Shown here piece by piece: positions 27,368-41,641 of a DNA stretch of 64,000 nt. The stretch's first letter is position 1; every line of letters begins with the position of its first letter. A program made the translations under genes and the position numbers. The DNA comes from Octopus vulgaris (lineage: Eukaryota): NCBI GenBank assembly GCA_951406725.2, contig OX597830.1, positions 58,466,001 to 58,530,000 on the forward strand. Reading direction: 5' to 3'. The notes beneath the pieces are model-generated. The model did no database searches. It was not told the origin of the DNA and worked only from the letters and a program-made list of their open reading frames with translations.

Positions 27368-30300
27368 TATATAAGCTGTAGTTAGTAATTCCTCACCATC
27401 TTTATCTTTGTTTTAACATGTAACTTTTCTAGTAATGCTGACAAGTTACTAACTAGCATTCATGTTTTGCCATGTTAATGCACAAAATCCTGAAGGAAAC
27501 AAAAGCTGGCTGCCAGAGGTAAAAATGCTGAGCAGCATTTTGTCCATCATTACATTCTGGGTTCAGATTCCACCAAGGATGACTTTGCCTTTCATCCTTT
27601 CGAGGTTGATAAGTACAATTTGAGCACTGGGGGGGAGGGGGGGTCAAAGTAATTGACTTACCCCCTCCTCCAGACTTGCTGGCGTTGTGCCACAATCTGA
27701 AAAGATCCTTATGACAACATGGGAAGGGTGTTTGCTTGATATGGAGGAAAAGAATAGTTAGCAACTCAACACTGTGTACTCAATGCAATGAATGAGTAAA
27801 GAAAAGGTGCAGTGGGAGGATGTGTTGCAAACCGAATGAGAATTAGGCCATCATCAGCTGCTAAAGAGACACAACAGTAGAAGCACACATGAAATGTTGA
27901 GCTGGCCGACAATGAGAAGTAAATATTTATGTTACTTAAATGATAAAATTAGGGCTGGGTATGGTAGTTGTAGAACGGTAAATTAACTATGACACTGAAG
28001 ATAGGAAGAAGACTAAAGTACAGCAGGAGTGATGACAGTGGACCAGATAAAGCAATGATTAGAGGTGAAGTTTGTCAAGAGAACATTGTCAGTGATGATG
28101 TCCTGAGTATCATTAAAGGATTGCATGTAATGAATGAATGAAAAGTTCAAAACAACAAAATGGATTAGCAATATATCCAACACACTTGCCACATGGAAAG
28201 CTCCCAGAGATAACAGCATTCCAGCTGAAATTGTCTGTGCATAAGAAAGCTTTATCAGTGAGCTGCATAACATCAGCATGTAATGGCAGGAAGGGTGTTA
28301 TTACACGAAATATGAGGGATACCAACATCATCATCATCATCACCACTGTACAAAAGCACCTGTAAAAACTATGAGGCATTTTTCATCCACTTTGTTAGGA
28401 AGCTCTTTGCACAAATTAACTAAAAAATATTTGTTTTACCTCCTATTAAGTCACAATTCAAAACAAAGAGACTAAGGGTTTTTTGTTGTTTTTTTTACTT
28501 TACTTTCTCTCAGGAAACTGTAGCAAAGAACAGAAGATGCTGTCCTGCATTTCTTTAAAGCCATTTGTTTGTGAAATGAAGGGGACCATAATTTTCAAGT
28601 TTCGCATCTGAGGCATTTAACTTACAAATGGCATTATACACGGTTGCATTCTAACCCCAAACACTGATATTTTTGCTCTTGTCCTGCTAAGGTACAGATC
28701 TAGTTCATTCACAAAACCAATTTATTTCTGGATTAATTCAGGACTTCATATTCAGTGACATTACTGCTCTCAGCCCTTTCACTGCAAAGGATCTTCAGTG
28801 CTTCCTTAATTGTTTCAGAAGGCTATGAAAGAATTTCAAGATTAAAAACAGATCAGTTTCCATCTACCAAATCCACTCACAAGGAGCTAGTCAATAAGAT
28901 CAAAAAGGTGATGTGCCACAGAAAACATTAGCAGCATTACTCAATTACAATCTGAAGCTCATCTACAAATTTGTGTAAGTTTAGTTCTGCAATCTCTGAC
29001 AACTTTGTGAGCAAATTAAGATGGATGTGACCAGTCTATCCAGACAATGTGGACAAACACAAATCAACATCCTATCCACATTTCTTTTCAGCAACAAGAT
29101 CTATACCTTTGCTATTAAAAGGTTGAACATCTTCACATCTGCCACATAAGGTGGCAGCTCAAACATCTTTGAGGCAAACATAAATTTGTTCCACAAGAAT
29201 GTCTGAAATGCATCTTAGGCAACACATATAAAAGCACAGAGCTTGGGAAATCTGCAATTCTAACCAAGCAGACACACTTCAAACAGAGGCGACTTCATTG
29301 GTTCAGATATTGCAGACTGAACAATAGCCACATTCACAAAGAATTAGGGACCCCCAGTTACACTACAAAAACATCTGAGAATTCAAACCAAAAGCATTTG
29401 CTGTCAACACTGACACCTGATAAATAATAGCAGCTTCAGAAAAGATAACAACTGGAAACAGAACAGTATTTCAAAAAGAGTCTGTTACGAGAAATGTATA
29501 AGTGATGTTGTAAATGCTAACCAAATGGTTATTGCCAAATTGTACCTTAATACTGTCGGCTATTGGCAGCAAGCAGCTGTTGCCAACAGAAGAAAGATTA
29601 TATTCTAAGATAACACACACCTACATAATGATAGTGTTACACAACAAATTTGAGTGGGGGAGTTTTTGGTACACACTCCCATCATCCTCTGAAGTGAGAA
29701 CCATCTTAAAAGAGCAGCTTTTCAGATTAAAACCCATTTCATTTTCAGGACATCCAGTTTAGGGGTAAATTGTAAACAAGGACAAAGGGTATGTAAAATA
29801 ACTTTAGAAACTGATGTTCATATACCTTGTAGGGAAACAAAAATTACATATTTTCAATTGAAAGTAATCACTAATTACATGGCAGATGTAATTAGTGATT
29901 GTGAATGTTTTACATCAGTAACTGAGTTTTTGGTACTTCAGGTGTAAATGTAGCTTTCTGAAGTAGCTTTCAAAATGATGCAAGTATTGAATAAGAGCTG
30001 TGTCTAAGGAAATGATGATCTAAGTTTAAAAAATCTTATCTAAAGATAGTTGCAGACTGATGGAATAATAATAGAGAGGAAAAACATACAGGAAGAATTT
30101 AGATGAATTCCATTATCTTGTTCCAGATGAAGTATGCAAGATAAACATATACATGTATGTAGAGTATGAGAGTGGAGAAGAATTGATGTGAGCTGGATTA
30201 ACAGATTAGATTGTCATGTGAAGAAAGCATTTGAAGGATAAATGATAAAAGAGAACATGACTTTCAGAAAAAAAGGAAAATAGGGTAAAAAATTTTGAAG

Positions 30301-30449
30301 TAATTTTTGGTAAATGCTGAAGAAAAATGAAAATAACAAGGGTTTTTTAAAAAACCCGTAAATGGAACATGAGCTTTACTTGTTTATGACAACCCACTGA
30401 AGGTGATGATGGTGTTGATCCAGGTCATTCATACTCCTCTGCCTTCAGC

Positions 30450-30720
30450 ATATTGTTCCCCATGGGAGCAGATATAGCTGACAAGACCAATATGAGACAG
30501 GCAGATCTTGTGTCAGTGAGGGCACTGAAAGTGACTCCAAACAGCCACAGAGGGTTGATGAGGTTTCCTTCTCTCTTCATGCAATCTTCTGCATTCAGTT
30601 TCAAAGCACTCTGCCCTGGCATCATACACGGACTTCCATGCTTTCCAATCAACAGCCAGGGCCACATAAAATAAGAGGCAGCATGAGATGATCAGGAAGA
30701 CAAAGTTTTAGATGTCCATG
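30450..30720 (-). mobile_element. RTE/BovB-like LINE 3' end
   Basis: Minus frame LAVDWKAWK…FQCPH*HKICLSHIGLVSYICSH, the C-terminal C2H2-like motif of RTE ORFs. Confidence 0.65.
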
Positions 30721-32017
30721 AGTCCTACCTCCAGTCTCAGTATCGCTGAAGAGACCCATCTTTGGGAGCTGGTAATTCGGATTCAAAAGTAAACATGAAA
30801 ACTAAGAAAATGGAGACAGAAAACTGTCTGTGACTGCTTGCTTCCTTACCATGTGGTTTTGAGTTCAGTCCCATTTCATGGCACCTTGAGTTAAATGACT
30901 TTAACAATAGCCCCAGGCTAACCAAAACCTTATGAGTGGATTTGGAAGATAGGAAGTGCCCTGTTGTGTGTGTGTGTGTGTGTATGCATGCAAACCTTGT
31001 CTTGCCATTATATGGTGACCAAGAATGGACATCAACCATCAGACAAGTGATGTTGTTGATTTCCAGTCTTCTGTGGGAAACATGTCTGGCTATTGATAAG
31101 TATTGGCTTGCTTGTAAAAAAGGTGAGGGTAAGTGGTAGGAAGAGTATCCAGCTGTAAAAAATCTGCCTCAACAAATTCTGTCAAACATGGAAAAGTTGA
31201 TGGTATAAATAGAGGTTTCCTTTTCTTTTTTTGTAAAGTACCAGCTGACATGTAAAGAAAAACAATTAGTATATGTTATAATACTAAGTGTCTATAGTAC
31301 ACTTCATCATATTCTGCTCTTAAGCCGTTACAATACCTACAGGGTAACAATGCTTACAACCAGTAGTACAGCAGCTGTCTTCTATTTTGTGTCAGCCATT
31401 GAACTGCAGCCATGCTGAGGAGGCACCACATGGAAGGGTTTTATTTGAATGAATTCATTTCCCTATTTTAAAGCATGGTTCTTCTATTGCTCTCTTTTGA
31501 TGGACTACTAAGTTACAGGGAGATAAACAAAACCACACCAGTTGTCAGGTTGCAGGGGGTGGAGACAAACAAAAAAAACAGACATACATGGGTCCATATT
31601 GGCCTCCGCAGGTGGCTGTGGGGATAATGGAAGGCTACTGAAAAATACTCAGTGACATACTCTGCATGAAAACCAAATGGTAAGGTTCAACATAGACTAT
31701 AGCGAACTGTGAAACTTTAGGCTGAATGAATGAACAGAAATAACAAAAGGTTCTCTAGAACCAGTGGCACAATAAAATGTTGCATTTAATCCATGCTGTA
31801 AAGCAATGGGAAGTGCATCCAAAAATAATGGCATGCACAACAGAGTTTGCTTATTTTTCACTGTTGTCATGGTTAGGAGATGATTGTAAAATCCACCCAG
31901 CACATGCCTACATGGACAAAGGGAAGCAAAATGGTGCTGATCATTTCTCAGTTTGTTAAAAACAAAAGTACTAACACTTTAATCTACAGCAAGGATTTAC
32001 ACAAATTAACAGGTCAC

Positions 32018-32290
32018 ACTTAAAGACCTCCTTCGGTTATGAATGACCATGGGATTGCACCTAGAAAGTTCCCCTCCAAGGTAGAAGTCTGGGCAAATTC
32101 GTTTATGGAAGACCAGCAGTTGCCCATGCATACCAGGCTCACCTTCTCCACGCCACCAATGTTATCCAAGTGAAAGGCAAAGGCCAATACAGTTTGGCAC
32201 CAGTGACATCAAAACTCATTTCTACAGCTGAGTGAATTGGAGCAACATGAAATAAAGAGTCTTGCTCAAGAACACAACACACAGCCAAGT
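32018..32290 (-). mobile_element. SINE fragment of another family
   Basis: Minus strand carries a CORE-like TGTGTTCTTGAGCAAGACTCTTTA. The tRNA head is missing. Confidence 0.5.
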
Positions 32291-33709
32291 GATCACGCTC
32301 ATCATGGTTTAATAATAATACGTAAGTAGCCACAGAAGAAAAATTAGTTTCCCTGTAAAAGAGATTGTATTCCCAGTTTTCAAACTCCAAACAACTAATG
32401 GTTTATTGATTAACAGCAATAAAATTTTCCAAAAGATAAATATCTGCAGGGTTGTTACTATGTTCTGAATAGAGCAAGTGAAGCCACATGCACAGAAATA
32501 ATTTATAAAGTCCACATAACCAACACAAAGACAGGTTGGTTAGAGTTGAAAGACCAATTGAATAATTGAAAGCAATCTTGTGATTCAGTTCACAGCTATT
32601 TATCCCTAAAAGCTCAATATAATAAGTAAGAGCAACACGCTGGGATGGATGCGCAAAAAAGTCGATATTAGTCAGTTTGTTGATTTTGGTGTAATAAATT
32701 GTTTCAGTCAACTCTGATTAAACAGTTTCTAGCCAAAAGCAACCAAGTGACTAATTCACAATTACAAACCAGATGCATTCCACATAGAGGAAACTTATTG
32801 ACAAGCTGGCGTTTTTGACTGACCTTGAATTTGTATATAAGAAAACATCTAAGCTGGATTAGCTCTTTTACAACTCTGGAGTTAATCAGGTTTGGGCACT
32901 AACAAGATTTTTTTTTTTTGTTATTGCTGATTATTCCTAACCAGCCACATGACCAAAGACATTCTAACCATGACAAAAACTTTTGGTTTCAGACAGTGTA
33001 TTTAGGAGTACATTATCCAAAATGTAGACCCACTACCTTTTTATGAGGGAGAATTGAGCAAGTGACCAAATAGTTGACTTGACCAAAAGTACTGTTATTG
33101 ATAGAATATATTATTTGTTTTGTTATTAGCAGTAATAGCATTAGTGGCACTAATATTACTGGTACTGTTGTTGGTGATAAAAGCCTTCTCATTAACTCCT
33201 TTGACATTGAAGACAGACACATCTTTTGTATAACTGAACTGATGAGGTTAATGTCACTGCTGCTTTTCTATGAAATCAAGTGGTTTCTAAATAAACTAGT
33301 TCAAACAGATTTTACAAAACAACCAACAATAAAAAAAAACTCAACTACCGCATAAGCATCTATGACAAAATGTAAAATATATATATATATTGAAAAAATT
33401 CATTATAGATATAAAGATACCATAAACAAGTATAAAAATGGAGAAAATATATTAAAATCAAAATTGAATTTAATACAAAATTAAATTCAATACATACACA
33501 TGTTTCAAAAGAGAATACAAATATTTAAGAAAAAAAAAAAATAATAATGATAAGAGTTGCGCATTGTCATTCTCATCAGTGTGAAGAATTTATAGGAAGA
33601 ACATCCAAAAAGTTATTAATATAATTCAATAAGGAAAAACAGATGGGGTAATAGGAGAAAATAAGAGAGACAAAAAAGAAAGACATATCAATGTGTATGC
33701 AAGTCTATT

Positions 33710-33746
<37 letters not shown>

Positions 33747-34725
33747 GATTCCTGATTTGGTTCACTCATAAGTAGGGTGTTCCTTTCAATCAAAACCATT
33801 GCTAATAATATGATTGTGTGTGTCCCACCAACCAGTGTTCTTAAAAGAAGTGAAAAAACATCAGTTCTAATCAATCGGTGGAAGAAGTATGCATAATCCA
33901 AATTAAGAACATTTTTATCTTTGTATAATAAACGTCATGGTGATGATTATAGATTTGACAGGAGACAATATACTGAGCTTATGAATCTATTGGAGAGTAG
34001 GGATTGGAGAATCTTACAAAAATCCTTTTCATAAAATCAAGATAAATACTGAGAAAAGAATTGACTGACACACATAGACTTTTGAGATTAACTTAGACAT
34101 AATAATAATAATAATAATGTTTCTCCTGTTTTGTGTATATTTAATGCATATTTATATTCTTCACTGATCACTTTTGATTTTGGCAAAATATATCAATTTG
34201 AATAATCAAACTAAATTTCTACACATATTCACAATGTCTTTCGTTTTTTATATATATTTATAAAGTAAAGCAATGAATTGCACAAGGTTATCTTGGAAGT
34301 ATTCAAATCAAATTAATTAAGCCTTTTGGTACCAACCTACCCAGGACTGCATTTGGATCTATGACACAAGCTTACATGTTCCATCGAAATTTAACATTTA
34401 TGCTCCAAACACCTGCTTAATAATGACAAATTTATTTTACTAAATTCATTATTTTGAAAAAATATTCAATATTTGTGTTTTAATACTGCAAGGTTGTTTT
34501 TTTCTTTTTTCAAATATCTACAAATCTGTAAATTTTCCAAAGAAAAACAATGATAGTGGTTCCTTAATTAGACATAAGATTGAAAGTTTAGAAACAAACA
34601 AGAGATTGAGTCATCATTCATGTCTTTCTACCTGAATTGAAAATATTAAGAACAACAGTTTTAAATGCAAACCACATTGCAGAATTAGTTAATTCAGAAC
34701 CTGAACCAAACAGCAGTTTCTATAC

Positions 34726-34762
<37 letters not shown>

Positions 34763-34767
<5 letters not shown>

Positions 34768-35184
34768 GGCAAAAAAAAGAAAATGGAAGGGATAGAAAAA
34801 TGACATACATCAGCCGGTAGACATTCTATTACGTCTATTTATTCCAAAACAAAGGGAGTATTATAAGAACAGATACACAGGCAAAGACTGTGTGCTACAC
34901 AAATATGTACTAGTAATAGTAATAACAGTAATTCATAGAAGATCAGTTCCCTTTTTATTTAGAATAAATAGACATAATAGAATGTCTACCGGCTGATGTA
35001 TGTCATTTTTCTATCCCCTCCATTTTCTTTTTGCCGTATAAATTAAGGGTAAACCACTTTTTACCCCCAAGATTGTCATGCAATAACCAGCACTTGGGTA
35101 TGAACAATTGGGTACACTACCAGCAGTATATTGGATTGGTACTATCCCTTAGTTGGTTGGTTTCCTAACCTCTAACTCTCACGG

Positions 35185-35190
<6 letters not shown>
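34763..35190. mobile_element. (TA)n-flanked element with a young ~95-nt inverted repeat
   Basis: TATACGGCAAAA…GGGATAGAAAAATGACATACATCAGCCGGTAGACATTCTATT (34763-34857) is mirrored at 34947-35040. (TA)n tracts flank both sides of the element. Confidence 0.75.
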
Positions 35191-35218
<28 letters not shown>

Positions 35219-36885
35219 AAAAGTAAATGATGAAGATTTCCTAGACACCAGATCAATTTTGCCAGAGAGAAAGGAGGGTCAGTTGGTCCCTGGGAAGGTG
35301 AAACAAATTCAACTTTGTCAGAATAATTTGAACAGTAAAAAACAAAAAACTGCCTAATCTGACTTGCTTCTGTCTCCAGGAACACCACTGCTCACATAAT
35401 GATTATAATAATTACCAATGAAATAAAATCGTTAGATCGTATCTGATTCTGTTTGCAAGGGTTATAACAAATTTGTTCTATGGCTGGCTCAAGCAAACAA
35501 GAAACATGAGTGTAGTTACCCGTAAACCTAAGATTCATATTTCAAGCAAAGTTTTTGCGTTTGTAGATTAATTTTGTGATGAATCATAAGAAATGGATTG
35601 ATTCCAACTGATCAAAGACATCCTGAAAGAGATTAGGTGAATTAGGGATTTAAGATTCAAAGCTTTTGAGTTGAATGGCTACTGAGTCATGTAGTACTTA
35701 ATCCAAGAAGAGCTTAACAAGGTTCCTGGGTTAATTCAGAAGAATTCAGATTGAGTAAATATGAAAGCAGTGAATTGTAAAACAGCACATTTGCACACTG
35801 TGTTTTCCTTTCATTTAATAATATATTTCTAGATTAGCCTAGGTTGGACAGCAGGGAAAATGAATGGAGTTGCTGGGATTATTGTAGAACATACTTTACA
35901 TCAGAATGATGAGAGACAAATACCCACATTCAACTGAATTGGAAATCCCTAAAACTGTTTTGACCAAAAACTTTTCATGAAATCTTTGATCCTTTATCAC
36001 CCCCAAGTATATAGAATTTTTTTTTTTTAAATACTTATTATTTTGAATAATAATTATAAAAGTAATAATAGTTTCTAATCTAGGCACAAGACCAGCAATT
36101 TGAAGGGAAGGGGTTGGTCAATTATACCAAGTCCAGTGCTTGTCTGCTTTTCATTTCTGTGGGGTCAACAAAATAAGTATCGAAGCTGCCCTTGGCAGGA
36201 ATTTGAACTCAGAACAAATACCACAAGGCACTTTGCTCAATGCTGCACTGATTCTGCCAATACACCACCTTAAAAATAAAACTAAGAGGGGGGAATGCTA
36301 CAAATAATACATGGAATATTAAACACATTAAAATTATTTAACACAGCTTATATTGAATTGTTATCATTAATGGGAGGGACATGTTTGATGTCCATTAGCA
36401 AGGAAACTGATGTTTGGTTGGAGTATGAGAAACACTAACTGAAAGCCCCCATGCTCTTCCAGGTTCAACCATTTACATATTTTGTTACAGCTCAATCCTC
36501 ACACAATCTTTAGGTTATGTTGGTAGTCACAGAGAGTTTTAATTCTGAACAAGGATTTAACTCCAAAATCAACTTGAGATTCAATGCCTGCACCTTCACT
36601 TTCCAATCTGGTTACGTGCATTTACTCCAGGTCCTGAAGGTGTACTTTAGCCTATCAGTCCCGAGTACAGGAAGATAATATGTGTCTGCATGAGAGGACA
36701 CAACAGTAACCTCTAAAAATTGAGGATATTTTCTATAAACAGCAATTGGTGAATCTAATACCAATTCTGCATCAGCACTATAACAAGCTGATTGAGAAAT
36801 CATGCCCCCGTCCCTCACTTGAGACATCATTATCATTTTCAATTTGAAATCTTTTCTTCTACAACTGACTTCAAGTCAACATTAA

Positions 36886-37108
36886 CCCATTAAGTCCCAG
36901 AGTACTTAAATATATGAATATTACTTTTAAATTTTCATAGATGATTGAAAATAGTTTCAAATGAAAAAAATAATTATTAAAACTCCTTTACATCAAGTAG
37001 AAATGGAAATACTAGGTGTCCTATAAATAGGACTCTGAGACAATGTGATATAGCTTATTTAATGTTCTCATTTAGTGTCCTGTTTATAGGACAGTGGGAC
37101 TTAATGGG
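36886..37108. mobile_element. piggyBac-like MITE, third family
   Basis: TTAA-CCCATTAAGTCCCA … TGGGACTTAATGGG-TAAA, with internal GTCCTATAAATAGGAC-type palindromes. Confidence 0.75.
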
Positions 37109-39653
37109 TAAAGGCATGTTTTAGTAGCTGTCATCAGATATAAACAATCTATACCTTTGTCTTTGGAAGAGGTTAGGTGTAGTGAGCTTCAGGGTTCAAA
37201 AGAAAAAACAAAATTGGGGAAAAGAGTCAAAACAGCACCTAAAATACCAATATCCGTGTGCAGGCATTGGTAAACAGCTAAATTCTGCACTGACAGAATT
37301 CTGAGCGGTCAATCCACTTTTAGTGTGATTAGACTCTAACATGGGGTTTGCTTAATCAGGAACTCAGCCGACCATTACGTTTGAAATCTCCAGTAAACTG
37401 GGAATATGGCCTGAGCAGGTTAAGCCTTAATTGAATTTTTTGAAGTGCTTTCTGTATATATCTCCAAGTCAAAAACTGAAATGCTTCCAGCTGCTTCTTC
37501 ACCCAATTGCTGTATGTCTCAAAAAAAAAATACTTCAAATCTCTACAAGGTGATACAGATTAATAAACCTATTTTGACTTGAAAGCTTATTAGGGTTGCT
37601 TGAGCTTGAATAACTGCTACATCTTCACTTTGCAAGATTTTCCTATATTCCAGAACATTATGAATGTGGGTCTGACAAACAGAACAGATGCTTCATACAC
37701 TTTTGCAACCAGTCACATAGTAATGGCTCTACATCAGCAAGAAACTCCACTGCTGAGTCATACAAGTTAACAAGTCTTTGCAAGCTGTCACCTCTTGACA
37801 ACCATTCTGTGTGTGCAAAAGTAATAGGCTAAAAGCATCATTATTTTATTATTCACACAATATTTTGCAAACAGTTGTGAACTGAGAGAATGTGTTTTCA
37901 GTTTGTTTGTTTTTTCTTATTGTTGATTTTTTTTATCAACTTGATACACACGTTTAAGGCATCAGGAGTTTATTGGATAAATAATGGTGTCTTTTTAATA
38001 CACAATGAACAATCTGTAGATCAGAAACCTTTCCTATGAGTAAAGGTAGCAAATCTTCTCTTATGATCAATCATTGCTTTTGCACCATGAGCAACCGTTG
38101 CTGTAATATCCTACAGGGGAACATGTTTCTTCATATATCATGGCACACTGTCGGTTATGACGATGAGGGTTCCTGTTGATCCGATCAATGGAACAGCCTG
38201 CTCATGGAATTAACATACAAGTGGCTGAGCACTCCACAGACACATGTACCCTCAACATAGTTCTCAGAGAGATTCAGCATGACACAGAGTGTGACAAGGC
38301 TGGTCCTTTAAAAAGCAAATGCACATCTAATAGTTTACTGCAACCTCTCCAGCAGGTATGGGTGTTCAGTATTTGCTGTTTGTAACTGGGTTTTTTGGCA
38401 ATAAAGCTAAGAAAATGACACGACCAAGAAATTCAATATAACATTGACACAACCCAAATTTTCACAACACACTTGAAAAAGCTAAAACCATGCCAAAAAT
38501 ATTTTTAAATGCTACAGGACAACATTGCTTATGATGAATACTGTAGTTAATCAAGGATTCAAAAAAAATTAGAGCATATAAGAGAAGAAAATCTAAGTCA
38601 ATTTGTCCATGTTGAAACCAGTATTCACGGTTTTACAATCAGAAGACTTGAACTAATGATAAACCATTATAACTATATATCATTATCATATTTATTAAAT
38701 GACACAGACATGAAACGTATATTCATATGTGCACGTATACATACATACATACAGAAAAGTTGTAAGAATTCAATATTATATAAAACAGCTTGAGTAATAT
38801 TCATAATATACAAATAAGGTGTACTAGTTTTTCAGGTAGACCAACAGCAAAACAATTTCATTTCTAGTACAGTGTGAAGATAAAAACTGAGTACATCCAG
38901 ACACTGATTGACTACTTTTAGCCTGACTGACAGTAAACAAAATAATGGGGGCGGGGGGGGGGCGCTTTTTCCCTCTTGATTGAAGTCTCTGAAATTTCTA
39001 TCAAATTTTGACAGATCTTTTTATTGTTTAAAAGGAGTCCTAAACTCTATGACTATGTGAGAGTAAAGGTCATCTCTGCCATTCAGCACATAAAGTAATG
39101 ACTTTAATATAAAGTTTAAACTCAACAAATGTACAGCCAGGAAAAGAAAGAATGCCAGATATGTTGAAATGTCTACTAAATATCAATATTTATATAAAAC
39201 TTGGGCTATTTAAGCAAGATCTTTTATCTTCTGCTGGTTTCAATCATTGAACTCTGGCCATGAAGGTCAAACAAATAACTCACTGTGCTTATTACTTTTA
39301 AGCCTAGTATTTACTCTATCGGTCTCTCATAGCAAACTGCCAAGTTTGAGGAACATAAACAAACCAATACTGGCATAGGGGACAATCAGAAAGGCACACA
39401 CACACAAACATCAGGAAAATAATTGAATTTATAGATTTCAAAAATCTTTGTTTTAATAGTATCCTAAAGATTCCTGCCTAACATCAAATATGTCTAGCTT
39501 TTACATTGTTTAGACCCTTGGTCAGCCATGATTGGACCGATTTATACCTGAAGGACTCCAGCTATGACTATTTGAATCCCCTCTACACTTTTTACATAGA
39601 ACTAGGACTATATTGAATGTGTCCTTCCTCAAAAAATGTAGCAGATGGTTTAA

Positions 39654-39832
39654 CCCTTTCGTTACCGTATTTCTGTTGAAATGCTCTGTGTTCCTTTCAA
39701 TTAATTTTAAATATAACAAAGAATTTAGCAAAACAACTTCGTTATCATTAAGCTAGGAACATAAATTGTGACAAGGATTTGGTGGAAGATTTTAATTCAG
39801 AGGCAGTTTCAACTGGGTTAGTATCAAAAGGG
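39654..39832. mobile_element. piggyBac-like MITE
   Basis: TTAA-CCCTTTCGTTAC … GTATCAAAAGGG-TTAA. Related decayed copies near 2090-2300 and 34318-34450. Confidence 0.75.
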
Positions 39833-41393
39833 TTAAAGGAGATTTGGTTGTTTTACCTTCCAGGTTATTGTTTAGAGTTGTGGTTCTCAACCATTTTTTG
39901 CCTTTGAACACCTTGGATTCCTATTTACTGGACCCTCATAACCATTCAGTATTTTAAAAAGTCTCAGATTTTTATAAGTAAATATTAGGAATTGTATAAA
40001 AAAAATTGTTAAAGTATTTTGTGTACTGTGGAAGTATAATCAATTTATTGCAGAAAGTTTAACAATAAACTCTTATACGAACCCCAAATGAGACCCACTA
40101 AATTAGACCAATATAAGTGAACTCACCAACTAATAACCAGCAATTTCACTGCATAAACTTTTGAGTGGATCATTATAAGCATTGGTTGTGCCAAAAAAAG
40201 CATTTTTTTAATGTTTTACATAAGACTTGGTACAGGATTTATAAACAACAAAAATGTATCTGTAGAAAAAGAGAGATTTTTATTTTCTTCACACAATGCC
40301 ATTGATATTCTAAGTCATTTTAATTCAAGTCTGTTATTTGTTGATTAATTAATCATACCCAACTGGCATTCTGTTTCAACGAAGGCTTCATTAGAGCCTG
40401 CTCACAGTAGCTTTCATCATGAAAATATTCAATCGCTGCTAAAAAGAAGTTTTATACACAGAACCGTCCAACCCATGCTAGCATGGAAAGCGGACGTTAA
40501 ACGATGATGATGAATCACAATATATACATTACCATACATAGGCATGACTGTGGTAAGAAACTTGCTTCTCGACCACACATTTCTAGGTTCAATCCCACTG
40601 CTTGGCACCTTGGGCAAGTGGCTTCTACTGTGGCCTTAGACCAAAGCTTTGTGAATGGATTTGGAAACTGAAAGAAGCCTGTCGTGTAGGTCTTTGTTCC
40701 CAACAACTGCTCAACAACCAGTGTTGGTGTGTTTACATCCCCATACCTTAACAGTTCAGTAAAAAGAGTCTGATAGAATAAATACCAGGATTTAAAAAAA
40801 TATTAGGGTTGATTCATTCAACTAAAAATTCTTCAAGGTGGTGCCCCAGCATGGCCACAGTCTAATGACTGAAACAAGTACACAACAAAAGATACTAATA
40901 ACGATGTATAATCTAAGTGAGAATCACCAAGATATCCTTTTGTTAACCGTATTACTATTAAATAAACTGGTGTGTTTGAATTTATTTACAACAGGATAAA
41001 ATGATGGTGGAAAGTTTTAATCTGAACATGATGTAGGCACGGGCATGGCTATGTGGTTACAAAGCCTGCTTCCCAGCCATATGGTTTCAGGTTCAGTCTC
41101 AGGGCGTGGCCACTACAGCACCAGGCTGACCAAATCCTTGAGTGGATTTGGTAGATGGAAACTGAAAGAAGCCCATCATATTCTTTTATTTGTTTCAGTC
41201 ATTTGACTGTGGCCATGCTAAAGCACTGCCTTTAGTTGAGCAAACTGACCCCAGGACTTATTCTTTGTAAGCCTAGTACTTATTCTATCAGTCTCTTTTG
41301 CCGAACCACTAAGTTACGGGGACGTAAACACACAAGCATTAGTTGTCAAGCAATGTTGGGGGGGGGGGGGAACAAATACAGACACACAAGCAT

Positions 41394-41438
<45 letters not shown>

Positions 41439-41530
41439 CCGGAGTAAACACATAAATGTGAAACAAGGTGGAAAAAAGAGTACTCAAATACAAGTGGTAG
41501 AGTAATATGCTTTATTTAAAACATTCTAGC

Positions 41531-41578
41531 AAAAACTATCCGACGAATGGGAACGTGAAACTCAGAGTAACAGGTTTT
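41531..41578 (+). ncRNA. Type I hammerhead-like motif (CCGACGA core variant)
   Basis: AAAAACTAT-CCGACGA-AT-gggaac-GT-GAAA-CTC-A-GAG-TA-ACAGGTTTT. Stem III ACTC(A)GAGT is near-palindromic, the cleavage triplet is GUA, and stem I is imperfect. Confidence 0.55.
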
Positions 41579-41607
41579 GTTGAATTTTCTGCTGCTTTAA
41601 ATAAAGT

Positions 41608-41641
<34 letters not shown>

